Positions 8,956-18,374 of a DNA stretch of 64,000 nt are shown here, in pieces (the first letter of the stretch is position 1; every line of letters begins with the position of its first letter). The DNA is from Planctomycetota bacterium (GTDB lineage Bacteria > Planctomycetota > UBA1135 > GCA-002748355). The position numbers were made by a program, and so were the translations under genes. The DNA lies in assembly GCA_041398545.1 (NCBI GenBank), contig JAWKUM010000016.1, positions 10,490-74,489 on the forward strand, written 5' to 3'. The notes below the pieces were generated by a model that saw only the letters and a list, made by a program, of their open reading frames with translations, made no database searches and had not been told where the DNA came from.

Positions 8956-9857
8956 GTGGACCAGGCGGCGCAGGTTGCCCGGCAACGTGCCGGCCGGCCA
9001 CCCCGACGGCGGCTCGGCGGCCGCGGCGCTCTGGCCTGGGACGTGCCGCACCGCGCGCGCCCTGGGGCTGGAAGGTCTCGGCCTACACGGTGACCAAGGG
9101 CATCGCCGCCGGCGCCTACCTCATGCCGGCCGTGCTCGTCCTGGCCGTCCTGTCGGCCGGCGCCCTGCCGCTGTTCACGTGGATCGAGGCCGCTGATCTC
9201 GCTCGTCTTCCTCATCGGCCTGACCGGCGGCCTGCTGATCTGGGACCTCGAAGCCCGAGCTGTTCTGGATGATCTTCTGCGCGCCGCCAGTAGCGAGGCT
9301 GGCTCGTCGAAGCGGCCTCGCGATCCGCGGCCTTCTCGGGCGTCCTCGTGCTGCACCTCCTGCTGCAGCTCGTCGGCCTCCCGGGCGTGGCCCAGGCATG
9401 GCCTGGGTCGGCGTCCCGCTCGCGGGCCTCGTCGCCAGCTACACGGCGTTCCTGTTCGCGCGGTACGGCCCGCGACCTGTGGCAGAGCGCGATGCTCCTG
9501 CCGCAGCTCCTCGTCCCGAGCCGCGCTGGCCGGCTTCGGCCGGTGCTCGGCCTGTGGTCGGCCGGCCCACGGCGGCGTCTACGCCACCGCCGACATGCGT
9601 CGCGCTGGCCGCCGCGTCGTTCGCCCACCTGCTGTTCGTCGCCGGCGAGGTCCTCGTCGCGCACCCGACCGAGCACGCCCGCCTCGCGGCCTGCAGACCG
9701 CAGCCTCGCGCGGCCGTTCCGGGCCGGCGTCGCGCTGATGGCCGTCGGCCTGCTCGCGCCTTGGCTCGGCCTCGCCGCGATCCCCTGCGTCCTCGTCGGC
9801 CTGGCCCTGTACGAGCACGCCTACGTCCAGGCGGCCCAGGCCGTCCCCCTGAGCTGA
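8956..9857 (+). pseudogene. NrfD/PsrC-like membrane anchor subunit, multiply frameshifted as assembled
   Basis: Family-typical segments are scattered over all three frames: PWGWKVSAYTVTKGIAAGAYLMPAVLVLA; PLISLVFLIGLTGGLLIWDLE; WMIF; VLVLHLLLQLVGLPG; WVGVPLAGLVASYTAFLFA; RDLWQSAMLLPQLLV; ALAAASFAHLLFVAGEVLVAHPTEHARLAA; FRAGVALMAVGLLAPWLGLAAIPCVLVGLALYEHAYVQAAQAVPLS*. It may be fused to the FeS part. The 5' boundary is uncertain. Confidence 0.6.
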
Positions 9858-9862
9858 GCACG

Positions 9863-12757
9863 ATGTCCGCCGACAACCGCAACGCGATCCTGTCCGCCGC
9901 GCGCAAGGCCGTCGAGGCGCGGGGCGAGCACCACTACCCCGGCGCGAGCCGCGGCGAGCTGGCCGCGTTCCCGCCCAAGGAGCGCTGGGACGACTGGGTC
10001 GAGCTCGACTCCAGGGCCTGGCCCCGGCGCGTCGAGCGGCGCGCGACCCTCGTGCCGACGACCTGCTTCAACTGCGAGTCGGCCTGCGGCCTGCTGGCCT
10101 ACGTCGACAAGCAGACCGGCGAGGTGCGCAAGCTCGAGGGCAACCCCGAGCACCCGGCCAGCCGCGGCCGCAACTGCGCCAAGGGCCCGGCGACCCTCAA
10201 CCAGCTCCGCGACCCCGAGCGGATCCTGCACCCGCTGCGCCGCGACGGCCCGCGGGGCGCCGGCAAGTGGCGGCAGGTCTCCTGGGACGAGGCCCTCGAC
10301 GAGGTCGCCGCGCGGATCCGCAAGGCCTTCGACGAGGCCCGCCACGACGAGGTCGTCTACCACGTCGGCCGGCCCGGCGAGGACGGCTTCACCGAGCGCG
10401 TGCTCGCGGCCTGGGGGCTCGACGGCCACAACTCCCACACCAACATCTGCTCGTCGGGCGCGCGCGCCGGCTACGCGTTCTGGATGGGCTTCGACCGGCC
10501 GAGCCCGGACCACGCCAACGCCGACGTCATCCTGCTGATCTCGGCCCACCTCGAGTCGGGCCACTACTTCAACCCCCACGCCCAGCGGATCATCGAGGCG
10601 CGGCAGCGCGGGGCCAAGGTCGTCGTCTTCGACGTCCGGCTCAGCAACACCGCGACCCACGCCGACCACTGGCTCGCGCCGTACCCGGGCAGCGAGGCCG
10701 CGATCCTGCTCGCGATCGCGCGCCACCTCGTCGCGACCGGGCGCCACGACCGCGAGTTCGTGCGCCGGTGGTGGAACTGGGAGGAGTTCCTCGCCGAGGA
10801 GCACCCCGACCGCCCGCGGACCGTCGAGGAGTTCGAGCGGGTCTTCCTCGAGACCTACGACCGCTACACCTTCGACTACGCGGCCAGGGAGTCGCGCGTC
10901 CCCGCCGCCCGCATCGCCGAGGTCGCCGAGCTGGTGGCGACGGCGGGCCGGCGGCTGTCGACCCACAACTGGCGCTCGGCCAGCTCGGGCAACCTCGGCG
11001 GCTGGCAGGTCGCGCGCTGCCTGTTCCTGCTCAACGCCCTGACCGGCTCGGTCGCCGTCGAGGGCGGGGTCTACCCCAACGCCTGGAACAAGTTCGTCGC
11101 CCGGCCGATCCACGTGCCGCCGCACCCCGAGCGCTGGAACGCCCTCAACTGGCCGCAGGAGTACCCGCTCGCGTACCACGAGATGTCGATCCTGCTCCCG
11201 CACCTCGTGCGCGAGGGCCGCGGCCGGCTCGACACCTACTTCACCCGCGTCTACAACCCGGTCTGGACCAACCCCGACGGCTTCTCGTGGATCGAGATGC
11301 TGTGCGACGAGGCCCGCCTCGGCCTCCACGTCGCGCTGACGCCGACCTGGAACGAGACCGCGTTCTTCGCCGACCTCGTCCTGCCGATGGGGCACTCGAG
11401 CGAGCGCCACGACGTCACCAGCTACGAGACCCAGGACGGGCAGTGGATCGGGTTCCGGCAGCCGGTCCTGCGCGCCGCGGCCGAGCGCCGCGGCGAGACC
11501 GTGACCGACACGCGCGCGGTCAACCCCGGCGAGGTCTGGGAGGAGAACGAGTTCTGGATCGAGCTGTCGTGGCGCATCGACCCCGACGGGTCGCGCGGCA
11601 TCCGCGCCTTCTTCGAGTCGCGCGAGCGGCCCGGGGAGAAGCTCACGGTCGACGAGTACTACGGCTGGATGTTCGCGAACTCGGTGCCCGGCCTGCCCGC
11701 GCGGGCCGAGGCCGAGGGGCTGACGCCGCTGCAGTGGATGCGCCGCTACGGGGCCTTCGAGGTCGCCCGGGCCATCGGCCCGCTGTTCGAGCAGGAGGTC
11801 GGCGACGACGAGCGCGAGGACCTCGCGACCGGGGCCCACGGCCGCGTCTATACGCGCGCGCCCAGGCCGGCCTCGCCCAACGTCGTGCCGCAGCCCTCGC
11901 CCGACGGCGACGCCGACGGCCGCCGCCCGGTCGGCGTCGAGGTCGACGGCCGGCTCCTGCGCGGCTGGCCGACCCCGAGCGGGCGGCTCGAGTTCTGGTC
12001 GCGGACCCTGCGCGACTGGGGCTGGGGCGACGCTGCGATCCCGACCTACCTCGAGAGCCACCTGCACCCGTCCGGGCTCGAGCCCGACCAGATGCCGCTG
12101 ATCCCGACCTTCCGGCTCCCGGTGCAGATCCACACGCGCAGCGCCAACAGCAAGTGGCTCGACGAGCTCGCGCACACCAACCCGCTGTGGCTGCACACCA
12201 AGGACGCCGCCCGGCTCGGGCTCCGCACCGGCGACCTCGCCCGGGTCGAGACCGAGATCGGGCACTTCGTCGCGCGGGCCTGGGTCACCGAGGGCATCCG
12301 CCCCGGCGTCGTGGCCTGCTCGCACCACATGGGGCGCTGGCGCCCGCAGCACCAGGAGGTCGGGCAGCGCCAGGCCATGGCCACGGTCGCCCTCGTGCAC
12401 GAGGGCACGCGCTGGAAGCTCGAGCGCCGGCGCGGCGTGCAGCCGTTCGCGTCCGACGACCCCGACACGTCGCGGATCTGGTGGACCGACGCCGGCGTGC
12501 ACCAGAACCTCGCGTTCCCGGTCCATCCCGACCCGCTGTCCGGCATGCACTGCTGGCACCAGGTCGTGCGCGTCCGCCGCGCCGAGCCCGGCGACCGCCA
12601 CGGCGACGTCGTCGTCGACGTGGCCCGCAGCCGCGCGGTCTACGACGAGTGGCTGGCCAGGACCCGGCCCGCGCGCGAGCACAGCCCCGACGGCACGCGC
12701 CGCCCGTACTGGATGCTGCGCCCGCTCAAGCCCGCCCGCGACGCGTACCGGCTCTGA
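9863..12757 (+). CDS. molybdopterin-dependent oxidoreductase catalytic subunit (DMSO reductase family)
   Basis: 964-aa tail of ORF 9269-12757 from ATG 9863. N-terminal FeS0 motif CFNCESACGLL...NCAKG. Long uninterrupted frame with typical bis-MGD family blocks (NSHTNICSSGARAGY, VVVFDVRLSNTA, FWIELS). No twin-arginine signal. Confidence 0.9.
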   Translation: MSADNRNAILSAARKAVEARGEHHYPGASRGELAAFPPKERWDDWVELDSRAWPRRVERRATLVPTTCFNCESACGLLAYVDKQTGEVRKLEGNPEHPASRGRNCAKGPATLNQLRDPERILHPLRRDGPRGAGKWRQVSWDEALDEVAARIRKAFDEARHDEVVYHVGRPGEDGFTERVLAAWGLDGHNSHTNICSSGARAGYAFWMGFDRPSPDHANADVILLISAHLESGHYFNPHAQRIIEARQRGAKVVVFDVRLSNTATHADHWLAPYPGSEAAILLAIARHLVATGRHDREFVRRWWNWEEFLAEEHPDRPRTVEEFERVFLETYDRYTFDYAARESRVPAARIAEVAELVATAGRRLSTHNWRSASSGNLGGWQVARCLFLLNALTGSVAVEGGVYPNAWNKFVARPIHVPPHPERWNALNWPQEYPLAYHEMSILLPHLVREGRGRLDTYFTRVYNPVWTNPDGFSWIEMLCDEARLGLHVALTPTWNETAFFADLVLPMGHSSERHDVTSYETQDGQWIGFRQPVLRAAAERRGETVTDTRAVNPGEVWEENEFWIELSWRIDPDGSRGIRAFFESRERPGEKLTVDEYYGWMFANSVPGLPARAEAEGLTPLQWMRRYGAFEVARAIGPLFEQEVGDDEREDLATGAHGRVYTRAPRPASPNVVPQPSPDGDADGRRPVGVEVDGRLLRGWPTPSGRLEFWSRTLRDWGWGDAAIPTYLESHLHPSGLEPDQMPLIPTFRLPVQIHTRSANSKWLDELAHTNPLWLHTKDAARLGLRTGDLARVETEIGHFVARAWVTEGIRPGVVACSHHMGRWRPQHQEVGQRQAMATVALVHEGTRWKLERRRGVQPFASDDPDTSRIWWTDAGVHQNLAFPVHPDPLSGMHCWHQVVRVRRAEPGDRHGDVVVDVARSRAVYDEWLARTRPAREHSPDGTRRPYWMLRPLKPARDAYRL

Positions 12758-12772
12758 GCCGGGCGCCGGCGC

Positions 12773-13792
12773 TCAGCCGGCCGGCTGGAACCCGTCGCCC
12801 GCGCCGCGGACGGCGAGGACCTCGCGCAGCTCGCCGTCGTTGCTGAGCATCAGGCGCTCGGAGCCGGGCACCTCGAGGCGCTGGCTCGGGTCCTCGAACA
12901 GGGCCGGGAGCTCGAAGCGGAAGCACGAGCCGCCGCCGTCCCGCGGCAGGACCTGCAGCCGCGTCCCGAGCGAGGCCGCGAGCGAGCGGCAGATCGTCAG
13001 GCCCAGCCCGAGGCCCGGGGGCTTCTCGTGCGCGTCGCCGCGGCACTGGTGGAACGGCTCGAAGATCCGCTGCTCCTCGCCCGACGGCACGCCCTTGCCG
13101 CGGTCGAGCAGCTCGATCGCGATCCGGTCCTCGCCGTCCTCGTCGAGCAGGGGCACGCAGTCGAGCGTCGCCTCGCTGCCGCAGGACGTGAACATGACGG
13201 CGTTCTGGGCCAGCAGCTCGATCAGGCGCGTCAGGTGCCTGGGGCTGGCCGGGACCGCGATCGGCGTCGAGACCCACGAGAACGCCAGCCGGACCTCGCG
13301 CTCGCGGGCCAGCGGGCGCACGCGCTCGAAGACCTCCTTGAGCACGGGCTCGAGCGGCACGATCTCGTTGGCCTCCACGGCGAGGCTGGCCGAGAGCTGC
13401 ACCATCTCCTCCGACTTGGCGACGATCTCCTGCATGCGCAGGCTCGACTGCCAGGCGACGTGCACCCACTCCCGCTCGGCGCAGTCGCGGGGCAGCTCGG
13501 TGTCGAGGATCTCGAGCGCCGCGAGCACGCCGGTCAGCGGCGTGCGCAGCTCGTGGCTGATGGCCTCGAGGAAGTCGTGCTTGGCCTTGGCGAGGCTGCG
13601 GCCCTGCTCGACGATGCGGTCGCGGATCACGCGCGTGGCCTCGCGGTCGCCCTGCCGCCCGCGCTGCTCCTCCTCGAGCCTGCGCTCGAGCTCCAGGGCC
13701 CGGGCGCCGGCCCGCTCGAGCCGGGCCTCGTAGTCGAGCCTGAGCCACAGCAGGCCGGCCAGGCAACAAAGGGCGAGGAGCGTCAGCAGCAT
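12773..13792 (-). CDS. sensor histidine kinase
   Basis: 339-aa ORF with an N-terminal TM helix, a coiled coil, an H-box (FLEAISHELRTPLTGV) and a HATPase_c G-box (PPGLGLGLTICRSLA). Confidence 0.9.
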   Translation of the reverse strand: MLLTLLALCCLAGLLWLRLDYEARLERAGARALELERRLEEEQRGRQGDREATRVIRDRIVEQGRSLAKAKHDFLEAISHELRTPLTGVLAALEILDTELPRDCAEREWVHVAWQSSLRMQEIVAKSEEMVQLSASLAVEANEIVPLEPVLKEVFERVRPLAREREVRLAFSWVSTPIAVPASPRHLTRLIELLAQNAVMFTSCGSEATLDCVPLLDEDGEDRIAIELLDRGKGVPSGEEQRIFEPFHQCRGDAHEKPPGLGLGLTICRSLAASLGTRLQVLPRDGGGSCFRFELPALFEDPSQRLEVPGSERLMLSNDGELREVLAVRGAGDGFQPAG

Positions 13793-13915
13793 GGACGAGG
13801 ATCCGATTCCGGTGACGGTTTCGACCTCCGCGCGCGGCGGCCTTGAACCGGGAATCGTGAAGTTCGGCGGCGAGGAGCCCCGGCCCGGCAGCTATCGTCC
13901 CGTCAGCGCCCGCCG

Positions 13916-14785
13916 ATGCCGTCACCAGGACCACGCCTCCGTCGACCCCGGATTCCGCACGCGGCCCTGCTGCCGCTCGCGTTGCTCTCGTCCTGCCCAT
14001 CGCAGCGCGGCCCGGCCGCGCCCGACTTCGCCGTCGCCCGCGGCGACGAGCGCACGGTCGACCTCCCCGCGGACCTCCGCGGCCTGTCGCTGTACGGGCC
14101 GGCCGGCCGCATCCTCGTCCGCGCCGCCGAGCGACCGCGGGTCGCGGCCAGCTTCGTCGTGAGCGCCACGACCGAGGACGAGGCCCGCCGCGTCGCCGCC
14201 GGCTGCGACCTCGCGGTCGTCCCCGAGGGGGACCTGACCCGGGTCGAGGTCCGCCTGCCGGAGGGCCACCCGATCGAGCGCATCGGCGTCGACTTCGTCG
14301 TCGAGCTGCCGCCGGGCCTCGACCTGCGGCTCGCGACCCACGGCGGGCCGATCGACACGACGGCGTACGAGGCCGGCTCGCAGGAGCTGCACAGCCAGGA
14401 CGGCGACCTGCACATCGGCCGGACGCGGACGCGGCTCGTGTTCGAGTCGCGGCGCGGCGACGTCGAGATCCTCGGCAGCTTCGGCGAGGCCTCCGGCAGC
14501 TCCGAGGACGGCGACCTCAGGGTCATGTCGGCGGCCCGCGGCGGCCTGCTCGCCTTCGAGGCCACGAGCTCCGACATCCATCTCCTGCCCGAGCCCGACG
14601 CGTCGCTCGAGATCGTCTTCGACCACCTCGGCGCCGCGCTGTTCTCCAACGTCCCGCTGCGGCGCGAGACCGAGGCCCTGCCCGACGGCTGGACGCGCGA
14701 GCGCCTGTCGGTCGGCGAGGAGGGCGACTGCTGCCGCTTCGCGTTCCGCGTGCGCGAGGGCAAGCTCGTCGTCGGCCGGGACTGA
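13916..14785 (+). CDS. lipoprotein with DUF4097-like beta-strand repeats (putative adhesin fold)
   Basis: 289-aa ORF with signal peptide and lipobox (ALLPLALLSSC). Repeated short D-G-D-hydrophobic segments (GDLTRVEV, QDGDLHI, RRGDVEI, EDGDLRV, SSDIHL). Confidence 0.65.
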   Translation: MPSPGPRLRRPRIPHAALLPLALLSSCPSQRGPAAPDFAVARGDERTVDLPADLRGLSLYGPAGRILVRAAERPRVAASFVVSATTEDEARRVAAGCDLAVVPEGDLTRVEVRLPEGHPIERIGVDFVVELPPGLDLRLATHGGPIDTTAYEAGSQELHSQDGDLHIGRTRTRLVFESRRGDVEILGSFGEASGSSEDGDLRVMSAARGGLLAFEATSSDIHLLPEPDASLEIVFDHLGAALFSNVPLRRETEALPDGWTRERLSVGEEGDCCRFAFRVREGKLVVGRD

Positions 14786-14801
14786 GCGGCCGCCGCGCGC
14801 C

Positions 14802-16130
14802 TCAGTGCAGCTGGGCGCTGATCCGGGTCACGAGGTCGGTCAGGGCCCAGGCCCGGTCCTCCTCCCCGAGCGTCCACGGCAGCGCGCCGCGCCACGGCTC
14901 GACCTGGTAGACCGGGACGACCCCGCGGAGCTCGGCCAGGGCGTGCTCGTAGCGCAGGTCCTCGCCGGCGAAGACGTGGGTCGGGCGCGCCTCGGCCAGC
15001 CCGAGGGCGTTGAGGGCCAGGAGCGACGACCAGCCCTCGGTCGACGGCTCCTGCGCGTCGGCCTCGAAGCCGAGCAGGTCGGACGGCGCCAGGGCGACGA
15101 CGACGAGGTCGACGTGGAGCGCGTCGATGAGCCGCCGCATGCCGGCGAGGCAGGCCGACGGCCGGGCCCCGGTGTGGAACGCGTGCATGACCTCGACCTG
15201 CTTGCCGCTGGCGTCGACGAGGCGCTGGCCGAGCGGGGCGTACCAGCGCCGCGTCGGGGGGCTCGCCTCCTGGCCGGCGCTGTCGAAGCCCAGGACGAGG
15301 ACGCGCGGCCCGCGCTTGTGCTCGGGCAGGTGGACGCCGAGGTCGCCGTGCAGGACGCCGAGCTCGAGGTCGAGCGTCCGCTCGGGGTGGTACGCGCCGA
15401 AGGCCTCGAGCAGCTCGGCCTCGCGGCCCTCGCGCAGCAGGTCGGTGGCGCGCGCGCTGCGCGGGTCGGCGGCGAGGTAGCGCTCGTACAGCGTCCCGGC
15501 CCAGCCGAGGACCAGGACGAGGACGAGCGGCCACAGGCGCCCGCTCGACAGCAGCAGGAAGGTGAGCACGAAGCCGACGCCGGCGAGCTCGAGCGCGTGG
15601 CCGCCGAGCGGAGACGGCGGGGGCCCGGTCGGCGTCAGGACCAGGGCGTTGACGATGCCGGCGCCCTGGAACGCCGTGTAGCCGTGGGCGAAGCGCGAGG
15701 TGCCCGCGAGCCGGAGGTCCCCGGCCTCGAGCTCCCAGCCGTAGCCCCGGCCGCTGAGGCGGATCGGGAGCTCGGCCCCGGCCGGCACCTCGATCGTCCC
15801 GTCCTGCAGGGCCAGCGCCTGGCCCCCGATGAAGCGCAGGACCTCGAAGTCGGCCAGGCCCTTGCGCACCTGGGAGACCCGGAACGCGACCTTCAGGGCC
15901 TCGCCGCGCGCGAGCACGAGCCGGGCCTCGAGGTCGAAGTCGGCGACCGTGGACGGCAGCTCGTAGAGGCTGCGCTGCGGCCCGAGCTCGAGCGGCCGGG
16001 ACATCCGGAGCCGCGTGCCGAGCATCGGCACGCGCTGGTCCGTCATGCGGTACGGCAGCCGGTCGAGACCGACGACCAGCGCGGCGGCGACGAACAGGGC
16101 GACGAGCAGGCGACGGGTGAGACCGGACAA
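14802..16130 (-). CDS. membrane-anchored hypothetical protein
   Basis: Part of ORF 14802-16475. The proposed TTG start at 16130 gives an N-terminal TM helix (SGLTRRLLVALFVAAALVVGL). The first ATG (16046) would lose it. Further TM segments lie mid-protein. The start must lie below nagA at 16173. Confidence 0.55.
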   Translation of the reverse strand: MSGLTRRLLVALFVAAALVVGLDRLPYRMTDQRVPMLGTRLRMSRPLELGPQRSLYELPSTVADFDLEARLVLARGEALKVAFRVSQVRKGLADFEVLRFIGGQALALQDGTIEVPAGAELPIRLSGRGYGWELEAGDLRLAGTSRFAHGYTAFQGAGIVNALVLTPTGPPPSPLGGHALELAGVGFVLTFLLLSSGRLWPLVLVLVLGWAGTLYERYLAADPRSARATDLLREGREAELLEAFGAYHPERTLDLELGVLHGDLGVHLPEHKRGPRVLVLGFDSAGQEASPPTRRWYAPLGQRLVDASGKQVEVMHAFHTGARPSACLAGMRRLIDALHVDLVVVALAPSDLLGFEADAQEPSTEGWSSLLALNALGLAEARPTHVFAGEDLRYEHALAELRGVVPVYQVEPWRGALPWTLGEEDRAWALTDLVTRISAQLH

Positions 16131-16172
16131 GGGCTGAGTCGACGGAGTCGGGAGCGGATACCCTACGCGCCC

Positions 16173-17372
16173 ATGGACGCCGCCGGAACTCCGAAGCGGG
16201 CGGGGGCAGAGGCCTGGGCGGATGCACCCCCGCGGCCGGTGGGGGCCCGCTACGTCGTCGCGCCCGACCGGCTCCTCGCGGGCCACGGCGTCCGGGTCGA
16301 CGGCGAGGGCCGGATCGCCGCCCTCGAGCCCGTCGAGGACGACGGGGCGGGGGGCGGCGCCGACTTCGTCGCGCCCGGCCTGATCGACCTCCAGGTCAAC
16401 GGCTTCGCCGGCGAGGACCTGCACGCCTGCGACGAGGGCGGCTTCGCCCGGATCTGCCGCGCCCTGCCGGCGCACGGTGTGACCGGGTTCCTGCCGACGC
16501 TGATCTCGGCGCCGGCCCCGGCGCTACTCGACCGGCTCGCGCTGCTGGCCGGGTGGCTCGGCGAGCGGCGCGACGCGGCCACGCCGCTCGGCGTCCACCT
16601 CGAGGGCCCGTTCCTGGCCCCGGCGCGCCGCGGCGCGCACCCCGCCGAGGGCCTGGCCCGGCCCGACCCGGTCCTGCTCGACGAGCTCTGCGCCGCCGCG
16701 GGCCCGGCCCTGCGCCTGCTGACCCTCGCGCCCGAGCTGCCCGGCGCGCTCGACCTCGTCGAGGCGGCCACGGCCCGCGGCGTCGTCGTCGCCCTCGGGC
16801 ACAGCGAGGCCGACGCCGCCACCGTGCGCGCGGCCGTCGCGCGCGGCGCGCGGCTCGTGACCCACTGCGGCAACGCGATGCCCCCGATCACGGCGCGCGA
16901 GCCCGGGCTCGCCGGCGCGGCCCTGGTCGAGCCGGCGCTCCGGGTCGCGGTCATCGCCGACGGGGTCCATGTCGCGCCGGAGTTCCTGCGCCTCGCCCAC
17001 GCGGCCAAGGGCGCGGGCCTCGTCCTGACCAGCGACGCGATCTCGGGGGCCGGGCTCGGCGACGGCCGGCACCTGCTCGGTGGCCGCGAGGTCCACGTGG
17101 CGGGGGGGGTCGCGCGGGATCCGGACGGTCGGCTGGCCGGGTCGACGACCGGGCTGTTCGCGGCCACGGCCGGGTTCGCGGCCGCCGTGGCCTGCTCGCC
17201 GGTCCAGGCCTTCCTCGCCGCCGCGAGCGGGCCCGCGGACCTCCTCGGCACCGATGACAGGGGGGCGCTGAGCCCAGGGCGCCGCGCCGACCTGTTGCGC
17301 CTCCGCGCCGGGGCCTGCGGCTGGGCGCTCGTCGCCGTGCACCGGGGTGGCCGGATCCTGACCCTGGCTTGA
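16173..17372 (+). CDS. nagA: N-acetylglucosamine-6-phosphate deacetylase
   Basis: 399-aa tail of ORF 14805-17372 from ATG 16173: FVAPGLIDLQVNGFAGED, GVTGFLPTLISAP, GVHLEGPFL, ALGHSEA, LVTHCGNAM, IADGVHV. Confidence 0.9.
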   Translation: MDAAGTPKRAGAEAWADAPPRPVGARYVVAPDRLLAGHGVRVDGEGRIAALEPVEDDGAGGGADFVAPGLIDLQVNGFAGEDLHACDEGGFARICRALPAHGVTGFLPTLISAPAPALLDRLALLAGWLGERRDAATPLGVHLEGPFLAPARRGAHPAEGLARPDPVLLDELCAAAGPALRLLTLAPELPGALDLVEAATARGVVVALGHSEADAATVRAAVARGARLVTHCGNAMPPITAREPGLAGAALVEPALRVAVIADGVHVAPEFLRLAHAAKGAGLVLTSDAISGAGLGDGRHLLGGREVHVAGGVARDPDGRLAGSTTGLFAATAGFAAAVACSPVQAFLAAASGPADLLGTDDRGALSPGRRADLLRLRAGACGWALVAVHRGGRILTLA

Positions 17373-17512
17373 GCTTCCGGCCTCAACCCCGGACCCGGAA
17401 GGCTCGATAGAAGGGCCGTGGGATCGGCCGCTCGACCTACCCGGCGCCGATCCCGCATCGATCACGAGGACGGGGAGTACGGCCCCCCGCCCGGCACAGG
17501 GAGCGCTCCGGC

Positions 17513-17896
17513 GTGGGGAACAAGAACCCGAGGGTTTTGATCGTGGACGACTCCCCGATCCTGCGACAGGCCACCAGGCGTGCGGTGACCCAGGCCGGGG
17601 TGGAAGAGGAGAACATCCTCGAGGCCGGCAGCGGCGCCGAGGCGCTGGCCGTCCTCGACGGGAACGACGTCGACATGATCCTGCTCGACCTGCACATGCC
17701 CGGCATGGACGGCGCGGCCTTCGCGCGCGAGGCCCGCGGCGGCGCGTGCGCGACGACCGCGCCCATCGTCGTCGTCGCGACGGCCGACGAGCGGGCCCAG
17801 GGCGAGGCGCTGGGGGCCGACGGCTTCCTGCCCAAGCCCTTCGACGCCGACGAGCTGCGCGGCCTCGTCGACGACCTGGTCGGGGGTGACGCGTGA
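17513..17896 (+). CDS. single-domain response regulator (CheY-like)
   Basis: 127-aa ORF with a GTG start: RVLIVDDSPILR...DMILLDLHMPGMDG...ADGFLPKPF. Confidence 0.9.
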   Translation: MGNKNPRVLIVDDSPILRQATRRAVTQAGVEEENILEAGSGAEALAVLDGNDVDMILLDLHMPGMDGAAFAREARGGACATTAPIVVVATADERAQGEALGADGFLPKPFDADELRGLVDDLVGGDA

Positions 17897-18374
17897 GGAC
17901 CCTCGAGGGCCAGACCCTCGCCCGGACGGTCATCCTCGCGCTCGAGCGGATGGCCTTCCTGCTGGCCGAGGAGGTCGACGAGGACTACGCCGAGGAGGTC
18001 GCGAGCTTCACGAGCTTCGTGACGGTCTCCTTCACCGGCGAGGGCCAGGCGGCCCGCCGTACGTCTCGGCGACCGAGGGCTTCCTGCGCGAGTTCACGGC
18101 CAACCTGCTCGGCCTCGAGGAGGACGAGGTCGACATCGCCCGCTACGGCCCCCACGCGATGCACGACCTCGCCAACCTCATCGGCGGCGAGGTCGTCGTC
18201 ATGCTCGGCGGCAGCGAGGAGGACTCCCCGCTGTGCCGGCCCGAGCTCTGCGACGCCGAGCAGCTCGAGGCCGAGCTGGCCGGGCAGGAGGAGGAGCCGC
18301 TCTGCTGCTGGCTCGACTCCGAGGGCGAGGTCCTGCGGGTGCAGGTCGTCCTGACCCAGGTCGCCGCCGCCTGA
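17893..18374 (+). pseudogene. CheX-like chemotaxis phosphatase family protein, one frameshift as assembled
   Basis: GTG 17893 overlaps the regulator stop (GTGA). ORF 17893-18354 supplies the N-terminus (…VTVSFTGEGQ) and ORF 17886-18374 the rest (PPYVSATEGFLREFTANLLGLEEDEV…HAMHDLANLIGGEV). The switch is at about 18045-18055, in GGCCAGGCGGCCC where one more G restores the frame. Confidence 0.6.

Noticed and set aside
8352-9857. Reading the FeS/NrfD region, and the other split genes, as evidence of genuine reductive evolution or loss of function.
   Set aside because: The motifs are intact, no in-frame stops accumulate, and the inspected indels are one-base contractions of G/C runs. This pattern fits assembly error better than decay. 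I keep it as a finding to verify rather than as a biological claim.
9821-12846. Very long ORFs overlapping the molybdoenzyme gene in other frames or on the other strand (9821-12682 minus, 953 aa; 10267-12846 plus, 859 aa).
   Set aside because: Their translations are monotonous Arg/Pro/Gly/Ala/Asp strings with no motifs. In a genome this GC-rich, stop codons are rare in every frame, so long shadow ORFs are expected. The same applies to 13903-16227 (-), 14805-16172 (+), 30074-33112 (-), 30775-33417 (+), 36775-41010 upstream of 37407 (-), 45412-49437 beyond pilT (+), 46664-49240 (-), 52074-55076 (-), 59677-62739 (+) and similar entries in the track.
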